Shown here: positions 1 to 12,539 of the stretch, in pieces
Layout of the letters: every line of letters starts with the position of its first letter
How positions within the stretch are numbered: position 1 is the stretch's first letter
Assembly: GCF_036321535.1 (NCBI RefSeq)
Contig: NC_087436.1
Span: 116,438,001-116,502,000, forward strand
Reading direction: 5' to 3'
From: Camelus dromedarius
Taxonomy: Eukaryota
Length of the DNA stretch: 64,000 nt
The notes under the pieces: model-generated
Seen by the model: the letters and a program-made list of their open reading frames with translations, nothing else
Databases searched by the model: none
Told to the model about the DNA's origin: nothing
Program-made: the position numbers and the translations under genes

Positions 1-349
1 TTTCCATATCATTTTGAAATTGAATGGTGTAAATTAATCAGTTTTGATTTTCTCTTTTATTTTATAGATGAAGAAATGGGAGTTTCCCCTAGCTAGCTAA
101 TGAAGGACTAGCTGCAGAGTGGTGAATGCCCACCCCACTAGGCTGTGTGCTACTTAAAATCAGTGAGCTGAAAGGTTTTGGTCTACAGTATCCAACACTG
201 ACACAACATGGAAACATGTCCTGTAATTTCTGGTGGGTGGAGTAAAATGTGAAACAATCAAATAATGCCTATTTTAAATATGAACAAATGACTATTTATA
301 ATTGACTGGATTTCCTACTTAGGAAAATCAACTGAAAAAATGATTATCG

Positions 350-470
350 TTGTTGTATTACAAATGAAAACTTTGACCCTGAGGAGAAGCTCAGGAAATG
401 ACCCAAATCTCAGTACTAGTAAGAAGTAAAGGCTGTGTTTGAAACCTAGACTTTTATACTGCAAAAACCT
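350..470 (-). mobile_element. MIR SINE fragment (degenerate)
   Basis: ttacaaatgaaaact...acccaaatctcagtactagtaag...gtttgaaacctagact resembles the antisense MIR core. Confidence 0.5.
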
Positions 471-949
471 GAACTGTTCAGCTTGGCAAAGGGCCTTTCA
501 TTTGGCATCCGCTTAAGAGACTATTTAAAAATATATAAGTTAATTATAGCTTATGCTGGTTTCATAATATGAGTTGAGCTCATCTTTTGTTTACCTTCTA
601 AAATAATTATTGGTTCCTCCTTGTAAGTCTTAAATAACTCACAGAGTGTAAAATATAAATAATTCCTAATAACCATTTTAAATCATTTCCTGTGTTACTG
701 TTGTACTTGTGTTTTCCACTTTCTCCAGTCACTGTCAATTATATGTGTCTATTACAAAAAAGTCATTCATTAATATTTATCAAGTGCCCCCTGTGTGCTG
801 GAACAACATGTGTTTTCACTTTTGTTTTGTTTTTTGTTTGGTGGTAGAGGTACAAGGACAGGGACTGACTGCAGAATGTTTTATCTTCAAAGACTTACCA
901 TAGGAGAAGAAGGGCAAACAGACTGGTAATCATAACGCAATGTATTATG

Positions 950-1250
950 TTCACCACTATATGGTTGGATAATTTAGTATATATTATTTTCTTATGATAG
1001 TAAATCATATGTTGTTGTATCTTCTCATCTCTAATTTGTTGTTGTAGCTTCTTAAATCTTATTTTCCTGATTACATTTTCCAAATATTTATCTTTTTAGT
1101 CAAAGATTCAGTTCCTGAAGTTCTTTTGCAATTCTGTGAATCTTCAAGTGTTTAATTAATCTGTTTACTTTTTCTCTTCTTTCTATTATTTTACTTAGGA
1201 TTTTAGTTGTTGGTGTCTAGCTTTTCAGTATGCTTTCCTTCCATTAATTT
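950..1250 (-). mobile_element. Ancient L1 ORF2 fragment (L1M-type)
   Basis: The reverse complement (aagctagacaccaacaactaaaatcc...aatctttgactaaaaagataaat...aatcaggaaaataag...caaattagagatgagaag) follows the A-rich L1 ORF2 segment between EN and RT; heavily decayed. Confidence 0.5.
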
Positions 1251-2066
1251 CAGCCAATGTGTTTTATGTTTATAAATCACTGGCTGGTGTTGATTGAAGA
1301 CAGACTGTAAAACAAAGAATAATTCATCTTTAGGCCCCCCAGGCAAACAATACTGGAAAAGACATAAAGCAGGCAGTGGGGCCTTCTGTCTGTCAATAGT
1401 CATTTGCTTCTCCTCCCAAATCCTTTTAGAGAGTGCCCTCATGACAGGCATTTGGATCTTCTGGTCGGGTTCCAGACGTATCCATGTTGGCATCAGTCGG
1501 GTGGGTTGGGTTCTAATTCTGACTCTGCCTTGTTAGACAGGAACATCTTTACCTAATTGCCTAATCTTCTTCAGCTTTGATTCCTGCTTTGGTGAAAATT
1601 GAGGCTGATAACACAAGCTTCAGAAAAATGACATGAGGTATATGGACGGAGTAAAAACTTTATCCACGGACATAGAATCTCTATTTTCTTTAATCACATT
1701 AAATAGGGCTCCTCACCTCAGCTGGGCAGGAAATTTAGTCTCAGTCAGTGCTTGACCTCACCAGCTGCCAGTGTCCATGGCCTCTGACCTTCAGGCCATT
1801 CTGGTTGCTATCACATCACCATCGTCTTCATTTGCTGTGGGTCCTGGAAGTCTGATGGCTTTGCTGGAAATTCTGTCAATGTTTAGCTGATGGACATGCT
1901 TGTCCTTGTCTGATGTGGACTGCTGCAGAACAGGGCTGCCCACAACGGAGGTGCGCAACGGCCTCCAGGTCCAGCTTACACAACTGCTTCTCTTTCTCTT
2001 TTCTCTCTTTCTCTTCTCCATTTCTCTCTTTGCTCCCAAAGCTCCATGGTTTGCATATTTCCTGAC

Positions 2067-2975
2067 CATAAACAGTTGGGCAGCCCTGTTACAGTAATCC
2101 TCAAAGTTGTCCCTTAATAATCCCATATGGTGTTTATGTCCTTGTGTAATTCCCTTCCAAATTGCACCAGGGTTAGTCTGTGTGACTGATAGCACAGTGC
2201 ATAAGTCATGGCATGTCACTTTCAAGACTGGGTCCTAAAAGAGAGTCTAGTATCTGCCCTTTTTGTGTCATTCACTCTGAGGGAACTGTTGTAGTTAGAT
2301 AAGTGGGGGCACCAGGCGGATAGGTGGAGGAGAGTGAGGATGGTCTGGATGATGGCGATATGCTTGCTTTTAGAATAAAGGGGCTTTACTTTCTCTAAAT
2401 GAGTGCCAGCAAGAAACTGGTTAGAACCCAATAACCACAACTGTGTGGTAGTGACAGGAACCTAACTGGATATGACCCAGTGCTCATTGTAAGTAATATA
2501 ATTAGCATTGCAGTTTAGCAGCACCCCTATAAGTTTCTCTGTGTGCATCATGGGTAAGGACATGAACAAAAGGGGACGAGCATAACTAAGCACTCTAGGG
2601 GCAAAAGTCATCGATCAATCGAGACCACCTCTAAGTGAGGGAGTAAGAGAAGGGGACCAAACAAAGACCATTGCTGTCCACCCTTGAGTCAACGTGCCTC
2701 CTGTTCTTGGCCAGTAAAACCTGTAAAATCTTTCACTCTACAATGCTTCCATCTCCTGTCTGAATTCTTCTTTCTGGTAAGACAAGAACTGGGGTCCTTT
2801 TTTCTTCCCCTTTTGGGGTAACAGAACCAGCTCCCATGTTGTGCAGATACACGTGGCAGCTCTATGGAGAAACCCACATGAAAAGAAATTGACTCTTCCT
2901 ACTGACAGCCATGTGAGCACGCCGTCCCAGAAGCAGATCGTCCAATGCCCACCAGCAGTCACGTGGCTGCAACCA
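2067..2975 (+). mobile_element. MaLR LTR (MLT1F/G/H-like), split by an ERV1 solo LTR
   Basis: ccttgtgtaattcccttcc...tgtgactgatag...tgtcactttcaagactgg; halves rejoin as ctctgagggaac|cagctcccatgttgtg; later cagccatgtgag and agaagcagatc. Confidence 0.7.
2287..2823 (+). mobile_element. ERV1-class solo LTR (537 bp)
   Basis: TGTT...AACA termini; 4-bp TSD GAAC at 2283-2286 and 2824-2827; TATAAG at 2528; AGTAAA at 2713; U5-like tgaattcttctttc...caagaac. Confidence 0.8.
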
Positions 2976-3410
2976 GTTCCTAAGTTAGTCAGCTTTTACT
3001 GTCATAATCCCTCATAAACATCACAAACATTTAGTGAGTTTCCGTAACAAACGTCTGTTTCTTGTGGCTGTGTGTCTGGTGCTGTGTCTCTGCAGAGCAG
3101 GCTTAAGTCTGCCCTGTGTTATCCTCTCACGACAGGGTCCAGGCTGGAGAAGTAACCTCTGTGCAGGAGGTGCTGTTCCCATGCGGGAGTCGGGAGCCCA
3201 GAGGGTTGGGGGAAACTTGCAATGCCTCTTAAAAATCCTACTCAGAGGCTTTATTGGCTAAAAGGTACGTGGCCAAAGTTACACCTGCATTCCTTCCTCT
3301 GGTTTAAGCATGTCATGTGACCAGGACGAATGGGGAAGGGCATAGAGCACCTCCATGGGGTTCAGGGCAGAGGACAAACATTTGCTGAACAACAGTCTAG
3401 TCTACCACCT
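2976..3410 (-). mobile_element. Old MaLR LTR (MLT1J/K-like)
   Basis: agttagtcagctttt...aacatcacaaacatttagtg...cattcc...atgtcatgtgacca...tagtctacca. Confidence 0.55.
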
Positions 3411-3414
3411 CCCT

Positions 3415-3928
3415 GCCCAGGTTGTCTCTCACTGGGCAGCAAACCACTGCCAAATGCGATGGCTTAGAAATACAGTACATCGATATGTCCTGTGTCTGTG
3501 TGGCTGAATCAGGCTACTCTGTGAGGTCTCTCGTGACACTGTCTCAGATGGTGGCTGTGCCTAGGGTCCTTGCAGGGCGCCTTCACTCATGTCTGTGCCT
3601 GGGCAGGAACGGCTAGAACAGCTGCTGCTCTTTGGATATTTCTCTTCTCTGCACAGTCGGTTCACGGGGCAGCTTGTGCTTCCTCACAGCATGGTGGTCT
3701 GAAGCTAGTCAGACCGCTGCACGGTGGCTGGCGTCCCTCAGACAAGCCTTCCAGCAGGGGGATAGTGAAAGCCTCTGGCCCCGTGAGGCCTGGGCCTTGG
3801 AAGCGGCAGTTTTCACAGGTCCTATATCCTGTAAGTCAAAGCAGCCGCATCACACCCACTGCCCAGATCCATGGGAAGGGACTGGTTCAGTGAGAGAAAT
3901 ATCAAGCAATTTGTGGCCATCTTAACTT
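3415..3928 (-). mobile_element. Old MaLR LTR (MLT1H/I/J-like)
   Basis: caaaccactgccaaatgcgatggcttagaaa...cttcactcatgtctg...ttcctcacagcatggtgg...gcccagatccatgggaagggac...ggccatcttaa. Confidence 0.65.
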
Positions 3929-4204
3929 GTTTAACAGCATAACTATCACTAAATGGAGCTACGATAGCCTTTTTTTTTAACAATACACTTTTCAGTCTTT
4001 TTTTTTTTCACAATAGAATTTTCAGTTTCACCATACCTTTGGGTGTTTCCTTTGTGACTTGAGTCCTCAGTAACCAAGAAATATGTACTTCATATATTTC
4101 CATATATTCCATAATGCATAGCAGGGAGTGTCTTATCAACAGTAGACCCTCAGAAAATGCACAGTGAATTCAGTTAATCTCCCTGATACAAAGAGAACGT
4201 GTCC

Positions 4205-4345
4205 CAGCAGAAGCAGAACTCAGAATTAGTCGGGAACCCTGAGTTCTAGCCTGAGAACTGTCATGACTCTGCCGTCTTGGCAAAGATGTCTCACTGCCCT
4301 AGACCTCCTTTTCCTCATCTGTCAAGTGAGATGGTCTTGGTGACT
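4205..4345 (+). mobile_element. MIR SINE
   Basis: cctgagttctagcc...cttggcaaagatgtctcac...cctccttttcctcatctgtcaagtgag. Confidence 0.7.
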
Positions 4346-5774
4346 CTTTTTAACAGGAAGGAAGAAAAAAGAAGAAACTGAAATGGAATACGGAATTTGC
4401 ATCTGTACAGTGAAATGCCAACACAAATAATGTTTTAAAATTATTTGATAGCATGCAAAATGCTTCTGATACATCTCTAGGTGAAAAACTGCAGACAACA
4501 AAGCAGTGGATATTATATGTTAAAAGCAATCATCTCTTGGTTGTGGAATTAGACTTAATTATTACTTTGAGGTGACTACCTTACCTCAAGAGTTATTTGT
4601 TTAGAGTAGCACACACTCCCGAGTAATGAAGTAAGAGAAGATAAACCCCTAATCGGAGATACACTTTTCAGCCATACAGTACAACTCTATTCTGTTGTTG
4701 AAAACAGTGCTTTAACACTACTTGAAGATATGAGAATATGTTTGCAATCTATTTGGGAGTGATAAAAAGGCAGATTACAGAATAGAATACACTTTGATTA
4801 AAAGCAGTTGACTCTGATGGTAGGATAGCCTTGATTTTCAATTCCTTGTATGTATTTCATTTATTTTCCACATTTGTATAACTAAGCTTATTTTTTTTAG
4901 AAATTAATGCAAATTATTGCTATAAGGAATGCAAAAGATGTAAAGAATGCAAAAGTCAGATGATGTTTGAAATATCTTGATGCACATGTGGCCTGTCTAC
5001 AAATTCTTTTTAGATATCAAACATGGGTAGCTTTAAAAATCACTATTTCATGTTATTATTCTTGATTCTGCCTTATTGTCATTAACTTTAACACTGTAGT
5101 ACCTGGGGAAGGAAGTAACTGGAATGTTTCACATGATTCAAAATCTGGCCACTAGTGCAAAAGCAGCACCCCAGATGCTAAGCCCCACCCCTCCCAGAGA
5201 AGGACAGAATGAACTGGAGAGAGCTCTGTTGTATAAGGCAGCAAGCTCCAGGTGTCCGCATGGGTTCCCAAACCCTCTGCACCAGCAGACCCTGCAGCCT
5301 GACAGATGAAGCTCAGAGCAAAACACCCCAACCTAGAAGCCCCTTTGCATGGCATGCAAACCATCTGTCCCAACACAGCAGAGACCCCCCACCACAGCTG
5401 CATCTGCAAGTTCCAGAACCAGTGGTGGGAGGGCTAACCCTGTCTAGGTTTACAGGGCTTTTGTTTGTACATTCTGGGGATTCCCAGGACCCGGTGATCT
5501 GAGTTGTTGTCTAGTTTGTGGCTCTTGCAAATCTTGATGTGCCACTGCTCTGACCATCAGGGAGAAGTCACATGAGTGGGTCCCCCTGCAAGCTGGCACT
5601 GGCAGGGAGGCACAGCCAACACTTCTCTTTGAGGACAGTCCCCCAGGAGCCAGGAGCACCTGCTCTTCAGAGTTGGGGACCCAACAAAGAACACCATACC
5701 TAGCTTGAGTTCCAAATCTATCGAGAGATAAGCAAGCATTAAGGTAGATGGGAAGACAAAATACTGCTTTTACT

Positions 5775-5885
5775 ACAAGTAAAGGTCACCTTGGGGGCTG
5801 TGGCTTATATCTGAACTTCATAATCAGCTAGACCCACCCACCAATCACCGGTGATTCTAGGCCAGTAGAGCTGCCCCCGCCCCAC
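5775..5885 (-). promoter_or_regulatory. Candidate Pol II promoter (GC box, CCAAT, CACCC, TATA, Inr)
   Basis: GC box gcccccgcccc 5873-5883; ccaatca 5841-5847; cccaccc ~5833-5839; minus-strand GATATAAG 5811-5804; Inr-like TTACTT with A at 5780; donor TAG|GTATGG at 5700/5699. Motif evidence only. Confidence 0.45.
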
Positions 5886-7399
5886 AGGGCAGAAGCAGCT
5901 ACAGCCTGGAAGAGCACTGAGAAAGGAGTTCTCTCTTCAGGAACTCAAGAGGGAGAGGAGAGGAAGGGGCAGAGACCCCGGGATGCCCCAGGGAGGATGA
6001 AACTCTAACTGCTTGGTTTCCTCAGGGGAAGTCACCCAGGCACTGAGCAGACTGCTGCTGATGACAGGAGACCAAGGGCTGTGCTGGGGAGGATGCAACT
6101 TGCTCCTTCTTCTAAAGTCTAAACTTCTAAACTCAGTGGTGGAATTAGGTCATTTCTCCTCCCCAGGAAAGACAGAGTCCCAGGGTGCAGAGATGGAACA
6201 GAGCAACAGACTCACAGCACTTCCTGCCTATGGACCAAAACTTCTCATTTGGGAGGAAGGGCTCTCATGCCCCAGCATTAAGGATGGTTCAAGTATTTTC
6301 TCAAATGAAAACACATAGGACTGGGAGTCATGAAGACACAGTTCTAACACATATCGGGACCTCCGCTTCCCCATCTGAGATTTCTTCCCACATGTATGGT
6401 GTTTCTCTTAGACAGAGCACTTTATTAAACAGAACTGGGGCAAAAAGACGGATTTCCTCCAGCCCTTCACCTTGAGGCACTGGAGAGGAAATGGCCATGT
6501 AAATATTGTGGTTTCTAAATTCTTTCTAACCTCCGCAATTCTGAGTTGGATACGGCAGCTATCATAACACGGCTCAGCAGCAAGGAGATGATGGAGGTGA
6601 TCCTAAAACTTCTTTCTGAAGAGGCAGATTTTGAACCTGTGTTAGAAGCTTCAGCCTTAGATACAGAACTCTGAAATGTTTCCTCTTGAAGCTGGAACCT
6701 GTGTCAAGGGCATGGAGAGACTGGAGCTGTTCACAAAACTGAAAACATAGACAAAGAGAAGAGGTGCGGGGGTTGGTGGGGAGAGAGACTAGGGAGCAGG
6801 AGAAGAAACTGTTGTTTCTGAGAAGCTCATTGTTCCTGACCAAGGGACACTTCAGCACTGAAGTTGCCAACGGAATTGATGTATGATTCATGAGACCAGT
6901 TTTAAGACTATCTTGTATAAAATCCTTTAAGGGCCTCCCTCTGATCTCAAAGCCTAGAATAAGGTGGCTTGTGAGATGTGTACAGTCTGACTTCCCTCCC
7001 ACTCAAAGTTTTTCCCCTTGAAATCTCGGATCCAACTGGACCAAGTGTATTTCCCTTCCCTGGACAAGTAATGCGTTGCCTTTCTTCTGTATGTGACAAA
7101 ACTTGCCTCCATCTGGAACCCTTACCACCCTCCCCTGCCCCCGACACTTCTTTACAGTTGATTTCTTCCACTCATGCTTTATAAGGCAGCTTTGATGTCA
7201 TTCCTGCTGGGAAGCTTCTCTGCAAGGATCTGAACCTTATGCCCCCTCTAGGCTCCTTCACCTCACCCAGGTCCTCACATGGCCCCTCCCTCCCCTCAGC
7301 TCTGTTTCCTTCACAAGCTTGTTGCCCTGTGTGAGAATGGGGCCATGTCTGCCCTATCCACCACCACACCTCAGAGCCTGAACAAAGGAATGAATGGGC

Positions 7400-7600
7400 A
7401 TATGTTTCATGCTTTATGTCTGCATTGTAGGCATTTTACTCAACCCTTACTATGAGGTTGGAATTGAGGGGAACAGAAAGAAGTATTATTCCCATTTCAC
7501 AAGTGAAGAAACTGAGAATAAGAGAGCTATGGTGGCAGGTGTGAGTTCACAGCTCATCCAGAGATGGGGCAAGAATTACATAATATGATCTCCTGTGATG
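7400..7600 (-). mobile_element. MIR SINE
   Basis: tattattcccatttcacaagtgaagaaactgag antisense core. Confidence 0.7.
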
Positions 7601-7627
7601 TCTGGCTGTTCATGGTACCCACCTTTT

Positions 7628-7844
<217 letters not shown>

Positions 7845-8299
7845 TAAATCATGCTCATGTTCACCTTACCTGGTGTGAAAACACAAAGTCACTTAGATTC
7901 TAACTCCCTTTGCAATAATTGACTTTAAATATAATTAGCTCATTTAAACATAAAACCAATTACAAATGTGTGTATTTACATATATAATTATTTATAAAAT
8001 ATGCATGTAATTTTGAGCTTTTCCAATGGATAACGTACTGTAGCTCCTTGCTACCCTTCTGTCCTGCTGAGATTTCTCACCAGTGCTCTGCACAGAGTGA
8101 CACACTTGCCAGATTAACTTTTAAGTGCTTCCTACAAATTTTTTAATGTGTTGTTTATTTGGAAGAGACTTAAATCATTTTAAAATTAGCAACTTCCTAT
8201 CACTTGATAATGTATAAGTAGTGCCTAAAGCTATATTTTAAAATAATGTGTTAGTCTAAGTTCCATTGCCCTCAGTTGCGAAGAAGTATTGATAGAGTA

Positions 8300-8530
8300 C
8301 ACACATTATTTGAGAGTTTGCATATGCCAAGTACTATGCCAGATTCTCGACATACAATTTCATCTAGACTTTACAAACGGCCTCTCTTTTGAAGATTATT
8401 ATCATTATTTTTACAGAAGAGGAAGTTGAGACTATAAGATCTTAAACTTGTCCCAGATTTATAGACAATATTTGACAGAATGGAAATTCAGTTCCAAATC
8501 GCCTGACTCCCAAGCCCAGGTTCTTTACAT
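8300..8530 (-). mobile_element. MIR SINE (near full length)
   Basis: tatgccaagtactatgc...attatttttacagaagaggaagttgag...aacttgtcccaga...gcctgactcccaagcccag. Confidence 0.8.
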
Positions 8531-8926
8531 TTCCTTTCTAGAACTGAGCATGCAAACTCGATTGCACTTCTTTCATGACCCAGAACTTCTTCGGCATTTA
8601 TACTCCCCAGTAGGAAGGATACTAGGGAAAGAAAATCGTTCAGAGACTATCAAAAATTGGGTTCAGTTTTCAGATTTGACTATCCCAACCAGGCGACCTT
8701 TAGAGAGTTAAGGACTCTTGACGGGCAATGAGGCTATTGGATGAGAACTGTTACTAAATCAATATTGGTTTGGGTGGCCACTTGTGCTCTAAGCCATGCA
8801 ACCATAGATACCTCACTTCACTTCTCCGGGTTTGCATGGCCACAGGTGCTCAAACAGGAGCATAGAGCCTAGTGATCTTTAAACTGTCTTGCTGCTACAA
8901 ATTCCATCAGTTTTTGCCCATAACAT

Positions 8927-8987
8927 TCTCCCTCCTCCTCCTGCTCCTTCCTCTTCCTCTTCCCCTCCTCCTCCTCTTTCTCCTCCT
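8927..8987 (+). repeat. (CCT)n-like pyrimidine low-complexity tract
   Basis: ctccctcctcctcctgctccttcctcttcctcttcccctcctcctcc. Confidence 0.8.
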
Positions 8988-9669
8988 TAATAATATTATT
9001 AACTTGCTTCTTACCACTGAGTTTGAGTTTTGAGTCTCCTTCATATACCTCTTCCATACAGCTTCCAACCTGCCAGTTAATGAAGCATTTAGTCTATTTC
9101 CATCCTTTAAAATAAACAAAAGCCTCTACTAAACCTGTTTGCGCATTCTCAATCTGTTGTGCGACACCACACTTCTGAAAAATGTACTCATCTGAAACTC
9201 CTGTTTGTTTCTGAACACAGACATATATGGATGTGTCTTTCTTAGGCAGCAGGAGGTGTTGTTCATGGCCGACATTTTTTGCATCTGTCACCATGATGGC
9301 TTGTAAGAAACAGATGGGCTGATGGATAGTATAGAATTGAATGCTTTGTTTTTACTTTTTCAGTTAAAGGGGGAACACATCATTTAGGCCATCCTATTGA
9401 GCTATAGATATTTTTTCTGGTTGGTTTTCTGGTAGTAACGAGTATTGATGTTAGAGAAAAGAAGGGAGACAGAAATGACCAAAGGAAGGCTGACAGCCAA
9501 CCGTGGATATTCCCACCAAGTACTTGTGCCCTAGAAGTACTGTGTAAGTTTTAGTGTCTTTCTGAACATTTTAAGTTTGGAAACTACTTTTCCCCAGGTG
9601 ATCAGACTCAGGAAGATTGATATTTTCTAACCAAACACACAGGACATTGGTAAAAGAAAAAGGCTATTT

Positions 9670-10760
9670 TGTTTACATATTCATTTACACCTAGATGTGC
9701 TTTGGATGCCGGTAGGTGGTGTATATACAATGACTAATAAGATGCAGTTTTCAAATTTAGGAAGTTTATAGGCTCACAGGGGGCACAGAAAAGTGAATAG
9801 AAGTATGTGATGCAATGTAATGCACGTGCAAATGCCTAGAAACAAGCTAGAAATTGCTGTGAGAAATTCATTATTGCTAGACGTTGGGGCACAAGTTTAA
9901 AGAACAAAATAATGCTGGAGAAGTAGAAAATTCTGAAAACTTTTCTAAAACATAGCCAAGATTTTCAATAGGTCAACACAGACAGATACTCATTTTGGAA
10001 AGATTTTTCTAGTTACAACCTGGAAACCAGTGGGGATGGACACAAGGGAAAGAGAGAGCAGTCCAGGTGTTATGAAAGCATCCCAGGTGAGCAATGATCC
10101 CAGCAGCCAGGATGTGGGAATAGGAACAGGGAATTACAATGTAAAGTTTATGAGTTGATTGAGCATTTCCATATCTATAGACATTCAGAGTGAGAAAAGT
10201 ATCAGAGACTATCCCAGTTTGGGGCTGGAATACATGAGGAAATTTTGTGTGCAAATTCAGTAAAATAAAGAATACAAAAGAGGAGGTGTACTCTGAAGAT
10301 TTCCCTTTCAAGTTACTGGTATTCCCACATTTATTAAGTAGTCATATATTCCTGCAACCATAATTATAATGGATGACAATAGCACATCCATACCTGTCAT
10401 TATGTTTTGAGACCCCATTGCCTTTGGGGAAACAGCAGGGAGAAAATGTCCTTGCCTTTGTAGAGCTTGTGTTCTGATGTTGAAGGCATATTAAAAAAAA
10501 TAAAATAAAGCCAAATGTGGGACTTGAAAATTTTAAGCGCTGTGAAGACAAATTAAGCATCACAAGAGAGAAGAGCGATGTGTTTCAATGGCGCTGGGGG
10601 TACATTTGACAGAGCAACCTCTAAGGGGCTGACATGGAGCAAAGCTCTGCCCTTCTTGAAATCAATGCCCCCAGTGATCCTGGGTTAGTGAGCAGAGTGG
10701 GAGCAGATGTAAAGGGGAATAAGGATGTGTTCTCATCATGCAGAACCTCAATAAGCCATC
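9670..10760 (-). mobile_element. L2 fragments (interrupted)
   Basis: attcatttacacctagatgtgc...aataagatgcag; tgtccttgcctttgtagagcttgtgttc...ctaaggggctgacatggagcaaag. Confidence 0.5.
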
Positions 10761-10919
10761 TTTGCCTCATCCTTGGAATCCTTCTCTGATGATCGAAAAT
10801 TTCACCTCTCTTAGAGCCAGAACTTTTCTTTTGTTGGCTGTGCTGAAAAAGGGCTTATTCATAGAAAACACTTTGGCCAAGTTTCCCTGAGGATCATCCC
10901 TCACACCTCCCAAATATTA

Positions 10920-11165
10920 AACAATAACAGCCACATGGATTAAGAGCTTACTGTATGGCAAGCCTTGGGTGACCCATTCATGTTTGATAGCTCTTCACTT
11001 CATCCCACTATCGGGGGGGGACCAATCTGAGGCAAGCTACTTAAGCTCTCCAAGTTGCAAGTTTTTTGGTGTGTGATGCAAGAATTATGATGGCAAATAA
11101 ATTAGTAAATGAGCAAGCTAGGAACTGAAGTTAGAAATCTCTGATTTTTAACACATGTGCTATTT
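10920..11165 (-). mobile_element. MIR SINE
   Basis: aataacagccacatggattaagagcttactgtatggcaag...ctgaggc...agctaggaactgaagttag...ctctgatttt. Confidence 0.55.
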
Positions 11166-12539
11166 GACGTATGAGAGTCAATATAGCGGGCTGGAGTGTA
11201 CAAATAATTCAATTTCATTTCTTTTAGAAATTTTTCACTTCTTCATGAAATCAGCACTTTCCCCTCGTGGATGCCAGGTGAACACCACATGAAAACTGAG
11301 ATTCAGCTCTGACATCACTTCCTCTGCAAGTCTTGTCTGATTGCTACAGAAAAAAAGTCTGTCATCTACAACCTCAAGCACCTTGCACATCTACAAAAGT
11401 AGCCATCTAGGAAGGCAGTAGACAGGATCTTGTCTATCTCTGTGCCCCCAGTTTCTGTTAGGTGGCTGACAATGATGGGCTCAGAGAGTTGGCTCGATTG
11501 ATGAGTGAATAAGTTATATCTAAGTTGTGCTTTCCTAAGATTTCTCCCAACCCTTTCTGTGAACTTGCGCATTTCTCTCCTTTTGTCAGTTAAGTCTTTG
11601 GAGGATGACCATGGTTGGTTAACCAAAGAACACCTGTGTAGTGCTCTCTGGAATCTTGCTGTCGCTCCAATCTAAAATGTTTAGAAACTAAAATTAATGT
11701 GTCTATCTGTGTGCCAGAGGTCCTCACAGTGAGTTTTATTCTTTCTTCTTTTATTTTTCCTTCTTTGAGTACTTATGTTTGAGGCCCTGTCTATCCCTTT
11801 ATGTTAAAAAATATACCAGCCTTCATCCTATGTTGTTTCTCTGGTTGAAAAAAAAGGTATTTGAAGATCAAGCCTCACCCTCTGCTCCGAAGAACAAACA
11901 CAGCGACTTTTTGTGTTGTTGTTGGCTTCGGAGTGTGGGCCTCCCTTTTGTGTCCTGGTGAATCTCCAGTTTTATTTCCTCTCTTCAGTGGGTGAGGTGA
12001 GAGATTCTTATAGAGGGTCCCCACGAGGATCTGGAGGAGGCCAACCTTCACAAAGAGATTCAGAGCTCTGTGTGTTTAAAAAAAGAAGCAGAGGAAGACA
12101 AGTTCACATTTTTTCCAGTCCTGGTTTGTGTCCTAGACATTATGTTATATTAAACATTATGTGATGAATCCACCTCAAAATTTTACAAGGTTTGAGGCTG
12201 AGCAGGTTTGGGTAAGAAGTCACACAGAGGGCAGGGTGTGTGGAGGGGGTTTGTACTGGGTACCTCTTAGGCATCACTTTTGATCCATTCTTATTTCTGG
12301 CGCTGCCTCAGTTCTGTACCTAGACAGACTAGCTTCAAGGTGGCACAGACCCATGGTATCTCCATCGTGCCCTTGACCAGCACATCTCCCCTTCATCCCA
12401 GACCTCTCTGTGGTCTTGGGGCATCCTGCCTGTGCAACCTGGACGTGAAGCTGTGGCTAACCTTTGACCAAGAGTCACAGAACCAGTGAATAAATAGGAT
12501 TTCCTTCTCTTTCCCCAGGTAGAGAGTCCCAAGGTTCAT

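Noticed and set aside
6013..7002. ORFs of 96-142 aa beside the putative promoter, with an acceptor-like site at 6166
   Set aside because: No recognisable homology, alternative start codons, no coherent exon chain
9246..9302. 57-nt frame-symmetric exon candidate (cttAG...CTT|GTAAGA)
   Set aside because: Weak donor context and unrecognised peptide; consistent with chance
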